Source: an uncultured Planctomycetaceae bacterium
Lineage (GTDB): Bacteria > Planctomycetota > Planctomycetia > Isosphaerales > Isosphaeraceae
DNA length: 64,000 nucleotides
Assembly (NCBI GenBank): GCA_963833985.1
Contig: CAWIAD010000002.1
Coordinates: 2,944,001 to 3,008,000, forward strand
Direction: 5' to 3'
Shown here: one piece after another, positions 20,584-29,570 of the stretch
Numbering within the stretch: the first letter of the stretch is position 1
Layout of the letters: every line of letters begins with the position of its first letter
Made by a program: the position numbers and the translations under genes
The notes under the pieces: generated by a model
Seen by the model: only the letters and a program-made list of their open reading frames with translations
The model's database searches: none
Told to the model about the DNA's origin: nothing

Positions 20584-22965
20584 ATGGCGCTCTTGCTCGC
20601 GGCCGCTGGCTTGCTGGCGGGCGGGCCGTCCTCCGCACGTGAAGAGCCGGCGATGCTGGACCTGACGCGGGCCGTCGTGGTGACCGCACCTGGATTGTCC
20701 GGTCCCGAGCGCAAGGCGGTCGACCTGCTCGTGGAGGACGTGGCCCGGCGCTCAGGCGTGCGCTGGGACGTCACGTCGCAGTGGCCCTCCGGGCCGGCCC
20801 AGGTGATCGCGGTCGGGTCCCTGTCTCAGCCGCTCTTCGAGGAGGGCCGGCTGTCCAGGAGCGTCCGGGAAAAGCTGCGCAATCGGCCCGCGGAGGGCTT
20901 CCACATCCATCTCGATGGTTCCGGTCGGGCCTTGCTGGTGGCGGGCAACGATGCGCGCGGCATGCTCTTTGGCGTGGGCCGACTGCTCCGCGAATTGCGA
21001 ACCACCGAGGGTCATGTCCTGCTGCCGGCCGGCCTGAGCATCGACACCAGCCCGAGGTATCCGCTGCGCGGACACCAGCTCGGCTACCGTCCCAAGACGA
21101 ACTCGTACGACGCCTGGGACCTGCGGCGCTGGGAGCGTTACATCCGCGACCTGGCGATCTTCGGCGCCAATGCGGTCGAGCTGATTCCGCCCCGGTCGGA
21201 CGACGACGCCGAGAGCCCGCACTTTCCTCTGCCTCCCGAGGAGATGATGGTGGGCATGTCGCGGCTGCTGGACGCGTACGGGCTGGACGTCTGGATCTGG
21301 TATCCGGCCATGGACAGGGATTATTCGGATCCGGCGACGGTCGAAGCAGCGCTACGGGAGTGGGACGGCGTGTTCCGCAAGCTCCCCCGGCTGGACGCGG
21401 TCTTCGTGCCTGGTGGCGACCCTGGACACACCCCTCCGCCAGTGCTCATGCCCTTCCTGGCGAGCGTCGCGGAGGTGCTGCATCGCAGTCACCCTCGCGC
21501 CACGCTCTGGGTCTCGCCTCAGGGGTTCAACCAGCAGTGGCTCGACCAGTTCCTGGAAATCCTCAAACAGGAACCGGCATGGCTGGCCGGCGTGGTCCAT
21601 GGCCCGCAGGTCCGCATCAGCATGGCCGAGCTGCGCAAGGCGGTCCCTGCGCGCTATCCGATCCGCACCTATCCCGACATCACCCACTGCCAGCAGTGCC
21701 AGTTCCCCGTGCCGGACTGGGACCTGGCGTTCTCGCTCACCGAGGGCCGCGAGGCCATCAACCCTCGCCCCCGCGACGAGGCGGCGATCTTTCGCTATTA
21801 CCAGCCCGGCTCGATCGGCTTCATCACCTATTCCGAGGGCTGCAATGACGATGTCAACAAGTGCGTCTGGAGCTGCCTGGGGTGGGACCCCGATATGCCG
21901 GTCGAGGAGATCCTCCGCCAGTACACCCGCGCGTACCTGAGCGAGGAGCTGGCTGCGGGCTTTCCCGAGGTTCTGCTGGGGCTCGAGCGGAACTGGCGGG
22001 GTGCCGTGGCGGAGAACCGAGGTGTCGACCAGACGCTCGCGCAACTGGAGGAACTCGACCGGGGGACCCGTCTGCACTTACGCGGCAACTGGCGGTTCCA
22101 GCAGGGCCTTTACCGGGCCTGGTACGACTTCCACGTTCGATCGCGGCTCCTGATTGAGACACGGCAAGAATCTCGGGCGATGGAAGCGCTCGGGCGAAGC
22201 GGCAGTGTCGGCTCGGTGGAGTCGATCCGAAACGCGGAGCGCGCCCTGACACCCTCGGCGGAAGAGCCGACTCCCGGCAAGCCCTTGGTCCGCGAACTGG
22301 CCGAAGACCTCTTCGTCAGCATCCGCATGCAGCTCAGCGTCCCGCTCTACGACGCGATCGCCGTGGACCGTGGAGCGAACCTCGATACGATTGACGTCCC
22401 CCTGAATGATCGGCTCTGGTTGCGCGACCAGTTCGCCAGGATCAGGAGCCTCGCGACCGAGGCCGAGCGGCTGCGAGAGATCGAGGCGATCCTGCATCGT
22501 ACCGACGCCGGACCGGGCGGCTATTATGACGACCTGGGAAACCCGGGGTGCCAGCCGCACCTGGTGCGAACGAGCGAGTACGCGACGGACCCCGACTTCC
22601 GGCACTCCTCGCTGGTCGGTTTCGGCTCCCGGGCCGGCTGGCCGCTGGCCTGGTGCCAGAACGCACAGACGCTGCACGACGCACCACTGCGGATGCGCTA
22701 CGAAGATCTCCTGGGCAAAGCCCATTACAAGGTCCGCGTGGTTTACGCCGGCGACAGCTTCCGCAATCTGATCCGGCTCGACGCCGATGGACATGCCGTT
22801 CACGACTGGTTGAAGAAGCCCGATCCGCCGGTCCCGCTGGAGTTCGACGTCCCCCCGCAGGCCACCGCCGATGGCACGCTGGAGCTCACCTGGCGGCAAG
22901 AGCCCGGCAAAGGGGGAAATGGACGCGGCTGCCAGGTGGCCGAGGTCTGGTTGATCCGGAAATGA
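20584..22965 (+). CDS. Large secreted protein with glycoside-hydrolase-like architecture (GH20/GH67-type N-terminal domain plus putative TIM barrel)
   Basis: Signal-like N-terminus; AEGFHIHL...VAGNDARGMLFGVGRLLR...PRYPLRG pattern; start uncertain. Confidence 0.55.
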   Translation: MALLLAAAGLLAGGPSSAREEPAMLDLTRAVVVTAPGLSGPERKAVDLLVEDVARRSGVRWDVTSQWPSGPAQVIAVGSLSQPLFEEGRLSRSVREKLRNRPAEGFHIHLDGSGRALLVAGNDARGMLFGVGRLLRELRTTEGHVLLPAGLSIDTSPRYPLRGHQLGYRPKTNSYDAWDLRRWERYIRDLAIFGANAVELIPPRSDDDAESPHFPLPPEEMMVGMSRLLDAYGLDVWIWYPAMDRDYSDPATVEAALREWDGVFRKLPRLDAVFVPGGDPGHTPPPVLMPFLASVAEVLHRSHPRATLWVSPQGFNQQWLDQFLEILKQEPAWLAGVVHGPQVRISMAELRKAVPARYPIRTYPDITHCQQCQFPVPDWDLAFSLTEGREAINPRPRDEAAIFRYYQPGSIGFITYSEGCNDDVNKCVWSCLGWDPDMPVEEILRQYTRAYLSEELAAGFPEVLLGLERNWRGAVAENRGVDQTLAQLEELDRGTRLHLRGNWRFQQGLYRAWYDFHVRSRLLIETRQESRAMEALGRSGSVGSVESIRNAERALTPSAEEPTPGKPLVRELAEDLFVSIRMQLSVPLYDAIAVDRGANLDTIDVPLNDRLWLRDQFARIRSLATEAERLREIEAILHRTDAGPGGYYDDLGNPGCQPHLVRTSEYATDPDFRHSSLVGFGSRAGWPLAWCQNAQTLHDAPLRMRYEDLLGKAHYKVRVVYAGDSFRNLIRLDADGHAVHDWLKKPDPPVPLEFDVPPQATADGTLELTWRQEPGKGGNGRGCQVAEVWLIRK

Positions 22966-22992
22966 CCCAGAGTTCCAGGTCGGGAGGCGTCG

Positions 22993-24146
22993 ATGGCTGC
23001 GGAAAGCGAAGCGAAGCAAAGTCATCCGCGCGCGGCCCTGAGCCTGCCCGCGCGTTTTTACACGGACCCTGTCCACCACCAGGCGGAGCTGGAGCGGTTC
23101 TTCCTGGGCATGTGGGTGCACGCCGGACGCGAGGACGAGATTTGCTCATCCGGTGATTTCGTCCTGCGCGACATCGCGGGCGAGAGCGTGATCGTCACGC
23201 GTGCGGACGACGGAACCATTCGCGCATTCTACAACGTTTGCCGGCACCGGGGCACGCGGCTCTGCGAAGCGGCCGCCGGACGATTCGACGGCCTGATCCG
23301 CTGCCCGTACCATGCCTGGGCCTTCGATCTTTCCGGCCGGCTGGTGGCCGCACCCCAGATGCACGACCTCCCCGATTTTCGTCTCGAGGATTATCCGCTC
23401 GCCGCGGTGGCCGTCGAGCTCTGGGACGGCCATCTCTTCCTGAACCTGGGCGAGTCTCCCCGGCCGCTCACCGAGCAGCTTGGCGACTTGCCGGACAGGT
23501 TCCGGCCCTGGGGCATGGCGGGGCTCCGGCTGGTTCAGAGGACCGTCTACGATGTGGCCAGCAACTGGAAGCTGATCATCCAGAACTACTCCGAGTGTCT
23601 CCACTGCCCCGGCGTCCACCCCGCGCTCCAGCGATTGTCCCATTATCTCAGCGGGCAAAACGAGCCGGCGTGCCCGGGCTACCTGGGCGGCCGGATGGAC
23701 CTGCGGGAGGGAGTCGAGACGCTCTCCACCGGAGGCCGGCTCGTCGGCGCCTGGCTTCCCGGCCTGCCCGCCGAGGACCGGCGCCGGGTTTATTACTACG
23801 CCGTGCTGCCAAACCTGCTGCTGAGTTTGCATCCTGATTATATGGTGGCCTATACGCTCTGGCCGCGCTCGGTCGACCGGACCGAGATCGTCTGCGAGTG
23901 GCACTTCCATCCCGACGCAATCGCCGGGTCGGACTTCCGTCCTCAGGAAGCGGTTGCCTTCTGGGACATGACCAATCGCCAGGACTGGCACGTCTGCGAG
24001 CAGATGCAGCTTGGGCTCAGCTCGCGCGCGTACCGGCCCGGCCCGTACTCCGGCGCGAGGAGCTGTTGCACGCCTTTGACCAGATGATCGCGGGCGACTC
24101 GGAGACGGCCAGCAGCACCAGATCCCAGAAGAGAGGCCAGCCATGA
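22993..24146 (+). CDS. Rieske non-heme iron oxygenase alpha subunit (glycine betaine/choline monooxygenase-like); frameshift near 24050
   Basis: CRHRG...CPYHAW Rieske ligands; NWKL...ECLHCPGVH iron site; QDWHVCE; C-terminus REELLHAFDQM in a shifted frame. Confidence 0.88.
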
Positions 24147-24694
24147 GCGACCTATCGCCGCGGCGCAGGGACGACGAGCTCCTGTTCGATCGGCAGATCG
24201 ATCCGTATCAACCCCCGGCCGATACCACCGGCGACGAACCGGTGCGATATCCCATGGAAAGAGCGGGGGCCGGAACACGCCTCCTGGGATTTGTGATTGA
24301 TTACATCGCACATATCGTGCTCTTGTTCGCTATCCTGTTTCTCGCAGGCTTCGTCCGGGCCGTGGTCAAGGGCGATGAGGACGCTGGCGACTTTCTCGGC
24401 GATCAGCTTGAGGGCGTCTTGAACCTGATCAGCGCGCTGGGGCTTTTCCTTTATTACGTGTTCTTTGAGGGGTTCTTCTCGCGGACCCTGGGCAAGTTCG
24501 TGACTGGCACGATCGTCGTACAACGTGATGGGTACCCGCCCTCATTCCGACAGATCCTGGGTCGAACGCTCGCCAGGTTCATCCCGTTTGATCCCCTGTC
24601 GTACCTTAGCTCCGGTTCGCGAGGCTGGCACGACAGCCTGTCGGGAACTTACGTGGTCATGCGCCGCAGGGCGCGGGGCAGGGGTGAGGAATGA
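24143..24694 (+). CDS. RDD family membrane protein
   Basis: RLLGFVID, TLGKFVTG, RGWHDSLSGTYVV. Confidence 0.85.
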   Translation: MSDLSPRRRDDELLFDRQIDPYQPPADTTGDEPVRYPMERAGAGTRLLGFVIDYIAHIVLLFAILFLAGFVRAVVKGDEDAGDFLGDQLEGVLNLISALGLFLYYVFFEGFFSRTLGKFVTGTIVVQRDGYPPSFRQILGRTLARFIPFDPLSYLSSGSRGWHDSLSGTYVVMRRRARGRGEE

Positions 24695-24725
24695 GCATTG
24701 GAAGTTGAGCTCTGATGCTTGCCGC

Positions 24726-24974
24726 TCAGGGGACCTCCTGGCGATCTCCGTCATTGCCGATGGCTTCCACGGGGCATTCCTCCAGCGCGGCCATGCACGC
24801 GGCGAGCTGGGAGGGGTCCTCCGGCTGACGGTAGACGTAGCTGTGGCCTCGCTCGTCGTTGCGCCGAAAGCTTCCGGGAGCCGTTTCCCGGCAGAGGTCG
24901 CAGTCGATGCAGGTGGCGTCGACGTAGAACGATCCGGGCGTGTTCTCGGCCAGCTTCTGGGATACCTCGGCCAT
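24726..24974 (-). CDS. Small single-cluster ferredoxin
   Basis: YVDATCIDCDLC...ECPVEAIG. Confidence 0.9.
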   Translation of the reverse strand: MAEVSQKLAENTPGSFYVDATCIDCDLCRETAPGSFRRNDERGHSYVYRQPEDPSQLAACMAALEECPVEAIGNDGDRQEVP

Positions 24975-25033
24975 GGTGAAAACCAACGAAGAGGAGGGCA
25001 GGCGGAGTGTTCAAATCGATGAGAGTCAACCGG

Positions 25034-25960
25034 CTACACTTGCAGTTCGTTGCCGCTGAGCGAGTCCGCATCGGCGTTCTGTTCCTGCTGGCAGGCTTCC
25101 CAGTAGTAGAGGAAGACGAGGCAGTGAAAGAACACGGCGAAGACGCTGATCAGGCAATCGCAGACTTCGGCGACCGGGAAGACGTTGATCAGCCCCGCAA
25201 GTTCCACGAGTTTTGCCAGCAGCAATGAGAAGGCCATGATGAGGCCCATGGAGACCACAAAAACAGCAACGAGCCGCAGGCCGCGGCCAAAGGTCAATTG
25301 CGCACTGCGTCGACGCGCCGCGGCTGCACCCGCGCCCTCCAGGACGACGGCTTCGTCCAGAAACATGAAGCGGATCGCCAGCAGGATCCCCGGGACGATG
25401 AATGCAATGATCCCGACGAGCACGAGCAGCCCGGACATGAGTCGGGCCAGGAACAGTCGTCCCCAGTGATGCAAGCCAGCGCGCATTGCCTCCAGGTACG
25501 AGAGCCGGGCGCCGGCCATTCTGGCAGCCAGCGTGGTGATGATGGCGGCGGTGTAGATGGGCCCGAAGACCATTTCCACAAGCTGACCGAGCTGGAGCAT
25601 CTTGAGCGGGTCGGCCTGGTTCGGGTTCCCGGCCAGCGCCAGGTCGATGAGCGCGTGGCCGGGGATCCAGACCGTCAGCACCAGTGCGGCAAAGAGCGGG
25701 AGCTGGCCGAAGAGGAGCCGGAAGGCCATCACCAGCTTGCCGCCGAAGCCGGCCGGGATGGTTGCTTCCGGGGCGTTCTGCGGGGCCAGCGCCGGGCCGG
25801 GGGGTGCATAGGGGTTCTCGTCGTCCCGCTCCCAGCCGGCTGGCATGTCCGTATCGGAGGCAAGCCGGGCGCCGCAGTACGGACACTCGCCGCGGCCCGA
25901 GGCGATCTGTCCGCTGGTGAGCAGGGCACGGCAGGAAGGGCATTCCCGGTAGGTTCTCAT
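25034..25960 (-). CDS. Membrane protein with N-terminal zinc ribbon
   Basis: CPSC...CPYC, NPYAPP linker, about six TM segments with IVPGILLAIRF. Confidence 0.7.
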   Translation of the reverse strand: MRTYRECPSCRALLTSGQIASGRGECPYCGARLASDTDMPAGWERDDENPYAPPGPALAPQNAPEATIPAGFGGKLVMAFRLLFGQLPLFAALVLTVWIPGHALIDLALAGNPNQADPLKMLQLGQLVEMVFGPIYTAAIITTLAARMAGARLSYLEAMRAGLHHWGRLFLARLMSGLLVLVGIIAFIVPGILLAIRFMFLDEAVVLEGAGAAAARRRSAQLTFGRGLRLVAVFVVSMGLIMAFSLLLAKLVELAGLINVFPVAEVCDCLISVFAVFFHCLVFLYYWEACQQEQNADADSLSGNELQV

Positions 25961-25999
25961 CGACGGAGCTCTTGGCGATGGCCGCGTTTCGGCAGAGGT

Positions 26000-27004
26000 T
26001 CACACCGTCCGGGCATTGATCCAGGGCATGAGCGCACGCAGCCGCTTGCCCACCTGCTCCACGGGGTGCTCGCGTTCGAGACGCTTGGTGGCATTGAACA
26101 CGGGGCGATTGGCCCGGTTCTCCAGGATCCACTCCCGTGCGAACTGCCCGCTACGGATCTCCTGGAGAATCTTCTTCATCTCGGCCCTGGTCTGCTCGGT
26201 GACGATCCGCGGGCCACGGGTGTAATCTCCGTACTCGGCCGTGTTCGAGATGCTGTAACGCATGTAGTTCAGCCCGCCCTGGTAGATCAGATCGACGATG
26301 AGCTTGAGCTCGTGGAGGCACTCGAAGTAGGCGCTCTCGGGCTGGTAACCGGCCTCCACGAGGGTTTCGAAGGCCATCTTGACCAGGGCGCTGACGCCTC
26401 CGCAGAGCACGACCTGCTCGCCGAAGAGGTCGGTCTCTGTCTCCTCCGCGAAGGTCGTCTGGAGCACGCCCGCGCGGGTTCCGCCGATGCCCTTGGCATA
26501 CGCCAGTGCCAGGGCCTTGCCCCCCGGAGAACAGGCCTCGGTGGTGGCGATCAGGCAGGGCACTCCGCCCCCTTTGACGAACTCGCTCCGGACGAGGTGG
26601 CCGGGCCCCTTCGGCGCCACCAGCGCACAGTCGACGCCCTCCGGCGGGACGACCTGTCCGAAATGGATGTTGAACCCGTGCGAGCAGAGCAGCAGGTTGC
26701 CCGGTTCGAGCTGCGGCTTGATGTCGCGGGCATAGACGTCGCCCTGAATCTCGTCGGGCAAGAGAATGTTGAGCAGATCGCCGGCGGCGGCGGCCTCGGC
26801 GGCGGAGACCGGCGTGAAGCCGTCACGAACGGCCGCCTCATGGTTGGCCGAACCGGGCCGCTGCCCGACCACGACGTCGCACCCCGAGTCTCGCAGGTTC
26901 AAGGCCTGGGCATGCCCCTGGCTGCCATAGCCGATGATCGCGATGGTCTTCCCCTTGAGCAGCGAGAAATCGGCGTCCTGATCGTAGTACATCTGGGCGG
27001 GCAT
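26000..27004 (-). CDS. ilvC: Ketol-acid reductoisomerase
   Basis: [54 protein letters not shown]. Confidence 0.97.
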   Translation of the reverse strand: MPAQMYYDQDADFSLLKGKTIAIIGYGSQGHAQALNLRDSGCDVVVGQRPGSANHEAAVRDGFTPVSAAEAAAAGDLLNILLPDEIQGDVYARDIKPQLEPGNLLLCSHGFNIHFGQVVPPEGVDCALVAPKGPGHLVRSEFVKGGGVPCLIATTEACSPGGKALALAYAKGIGGTRAGVLQTTFAEETETDLFGEQVVLCGGVSALVKMAFETLVEAGYQPESAYFECLHELKLIVDLIYQGGLNYMRYSISNTAEYGDYTRGPRIVTEQTRAEMKKILQEIRSGQFAREWILENRANRPVFNATKRLEREHPVEQVGKRLRALMPWINARTV

Positions 27005-27109
27005 GAGCGTTCTCCTGGGAATCAGATGGCTTCATGGACAAAACGACCCGGGACTGAAGCGGTCAGCCCCGGGCAGGGATCGGGCGAGTGCAGGCGCTGC
27101 ACCTCGATT

Positions 27110-27748
27110 TCAAAGCTCGCTATGCCCCTGCACCGAACCGTCGCCGTCGTCGGGCTCGGCGGCGTTCTGGGCAGACTCCTGGACGTCGTCGTCGTGGTGC
27201 CGGGTGCCTCGCACCAGCGCGATGCGGCCGGTGCGAGCCAGCTCCACGATCTCATAGGAGCGCACCGCCTCGATAAACGCTTCGATCTTCTTTTCCTGGC
27301 CGGAGATCTCGATCATCAGCTCCTCGGGGCTGACGTCCACGATGCGGCCGCGGAAGATCTGCACCAGCGACTGGATCTCCGGGCGCCGCTCCGCCGGGAC
27401 TCGAAGCTTGATGAGCATCAGGTCGCGCTCGACGTAATCCTCGCGCGAGATATCCTGGACCTGGACCACCGGGACCAGCTTCTCGAGCTGCTTGCGCACC
27501 TGCTCAAGATGGCGGTCGTCGCCCTTCACCACCACGGTGATGCGCGAGAGCTTCGGCGCCTCGGTCTCACCGACCGCGAGGCTGTCGATGTTGAAACCGC
27601 GGGAAGCGAACATGCCGGAAACCTGGGCCAGCACGCCGGGCTGGTTTTGCACCAGCGCGGAGAGGACATGTCGAATCCGCCCGGTGCGCGACGATCCGGG
27701 AGCGGTCACCGTGGTGGAACCTGAAAGCGGACCTGCTGGAGTGGACAT
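27110..27748 (-). CDS. ilvN: Acetolactate synthase small (regulatory) subunit
   Basis: LVQNQPGVLAQVSGMFASRGFNIDSLAVG, ERDLMLIKL, ELARTG. Confidence 0.95.
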   Translation of the reverse strand: MSTPAGPLSGSTTVTAPGSSRTGRIRHVLSALVQNQPGVLAQVSGMFASRGFNIDSLAVGETEAPKLSRITVVVKGDDRHLEQVRKQLEKLVPVVQVQDISREDYVERDLMLIKLRVPAERRPEIQSLVQIFRGRIVDVSPEELMIEISGQEKKIEAFIEAVRSYEIVELARTGRIALVRGTRHHDDDVQESAQNAAEPDDGDGSVQGHSEL

Positions 27749-27899
27749 CAACGCGCCCTCGACCGGGTGGCCCGCATCGGCGCGCTCCCGAAATCTGGCC
27801 AACTTGAACCGACAACGAATCTGACTGTACGATCTTTCGCGAATTCGGGGCAAGAGCCTGGCGGGCGCAGGGGCCGCCCGCCGGCTGCGTGAGCGAGTC

Positions 27900-29468
27900 T
27901 CACGGCTGGACCGGAGGCAGGGTGGTGGGCAGCGAGGGACCGCCGCCCGGGAACGAGCCGCCGCCGGGGAACGAGGGCAGGGCTCCTCCCGCGGGATTCG
28001 GCGCGGCGGGCCGCTTCGGCCGCACCAGGGCCGGCCGGTCCAGGTCGATCGACCGGAAGCTGTCTCCCGGAGTCACGTAGTACCAGGCGGCAAACCGGTT
28101 CGCCAGCTCGTCGACGCGCTTCTTGCCGTCGGCGATTTTCTGATCGTATTCCTTCTGCTCGCGCTCCGCCTTCTCCTTGGCTTCCTTCTGATCGGCAATG
28201 TACTTCGGATCCTTCGGGTCCGGCCCGAACGGGTTGGCCGGCACCTCCAGCGGCTGACCGGGCTTTGCCGCCGCCGTCTTGTCCGCGTCCCTGGGATCGT
28301 CGTTCTTGGGCCTGGAAATCAAGGTGGGATCGAAGGTGACGGTGACCATGAGGAAGCGGTTTTCCGTCGTTCCCTCGGCTTTCTTGGCCTTGTCCTGGTC
28401 GCCGGCCTTCTTGTCGGCCTCGTCGGCCGTGCCCGCGGTGAGCTGCTCGCCGGTGCCGAAGAAGACCTCGCCAAAGCGCAGGGTGTAGACCACGCCCTCG
28501 TCGGTATAGACCCGGACGTCGCCCTGGTTGGACAGCACCCGGCCGTCCTTGATCATGTAGAAGCCCTTGTTTTGCAGGGAGGTCACCGTGGCCAGGGCCT
28601 GGATTCCCTTGGTCTCGGTAAGCTTGAGATCGCGGGTCAGTCCTTGCGGCTTGGTACGCACGCCGACGATCTTGAGGTCGGCCAGGGCGTCGGTGAGCGT
28701 GCGCAGCTTATCGCTGTCAAGCTCCTGATCGGCGGACAAGCCCTCCATCGTCCAGGGAGCGGCCGAGTCCTTGCGCTCGATGTCGAGCACCTCACCGGGC
28801 CGGTAGCCTTCCTCCGGGCTGGCCTTGTAATTGTCGAACTCGATCTTGCGGATGTGAGTCGCCTCGAGTTTCAGCAAGTTCGTCTCGATCCAGTCGGCGA
28901 AGCGGGTCGACGGTTCGGCCTTGAGCTTCACGCCGTAGGTACGTTTCTCGCCCGGAACCCGCACGTACTTCTGGCCCGTCTTGTCCTTGATGTCGTTGCC
29001 GATGATGTAGTCGGCCAGCACCGCGCCGGCCGAGTCGCGCAGGGTGATACGCTTGCCGCGGCCCTTGAGCGTGGTCGTCTTGGCGTCGAGCGGGTCGATG
29101 ACCCCCATCTCTTCCTGGTCCTGGACGCGGTCCGAGCGGATCGTGTCCTTGGTCAGGTCCGTCACGGCGGCCGCCGTCTTGGAGAGCCGGTCGCGGGCGT
29201 CCGCGGGATAGTTATGGTGGGAGGGGATCACCCACTTGCCATTCTCGAACTTCACCTGGAACCGCGAGGCCGTGGCCGTCGAGGCGTCAAAGTCGACGAC
29301 CTCCAGGTCCGTGCACGCGAGCGGCTCCTTGAATTCGGGGAAGAAGGGCTGCCCCTGATCGTTGAAGGACGCGTCATTGATGCTGCGGTCCCGGGTGGTC
29401 ACGAACGCCGCGCCACAGAGGGCCAGGGCGACAACGCTGAAGATCAACGTCTTGGTGAGTTCGCGCAT
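27900..29468 (-). CDS. DUF4340 domain protein
   Basis: N-terminal TM; WVIPSHHNYPAD; YVRVPGE; position after the GldG-like gene. Confidence 0.75.
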   Translation of the reverse strand: MRELTKTLIFSVVALALCGAAFVTTRDRSINDASFNDQGQPFFPEFKEPLACTDLEVVDFDASTATASRFQVKFENGKWVIPSHHNYPADARDRLSKTAAAVTDLTKDTIRSDRVQDQEEMGVIDPLDAKTTTLKGRGKRITLRDSAGAVLADYIIGNDIKDKTGQKYVRVPGEKRTYGVKLKAEPSTRFADWIETNLLKLEATHIRKIEFDNYKASPEEGYRPGEVLDIERKDSAAPWTMEGLSADQELDSDKLRTLTDALADLKIVGVRTKPQGLTRDLKLTETKGIQALATVTSLQNKGFYMIKDGRVLSNQGDVRVYTDEGVVYTLRFGEVFFGTGEQLTAGTADEADKKAGDQDKAKKAEGTTENRFLMVTVTFDPTLISRPKNDDPRDADKTAAAKPGQPLEVPANPFGPDPKDPKYIADQKEAKEKAEREQKEYDQKIADGKKRVDELANRFAAWYYVTPGDSFRSIDLDRPALVRPKRPAAPNPAGGALPSFPGGGSFPGGGPSLPTTLPPVQP

Positions 29469-29570
29469 GTCTCATCCTCAAGTTCCAACCGCCCGCAACC
29501 GCGGGGCCGGTATGATCGTTGGCTACTCTCAGGTCGATCTGCCGGGGCCACGAATCTTTGACATGTCCGT

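Noticed and set aside
25298..27724. 808-aa ORF on the + strand (also similar ORFs at 2276-3961, 4756-6498, 37586-39559, 61841-63511)
   Set aside because: Antisense to well-supported genes; no independent coding evidence
27940..27977. 18-bp tandem repeat at the end of the DUF4340 gene
   Set aside because: Encodes a low-complexity SFPGGG tail; ordinary coding duplication
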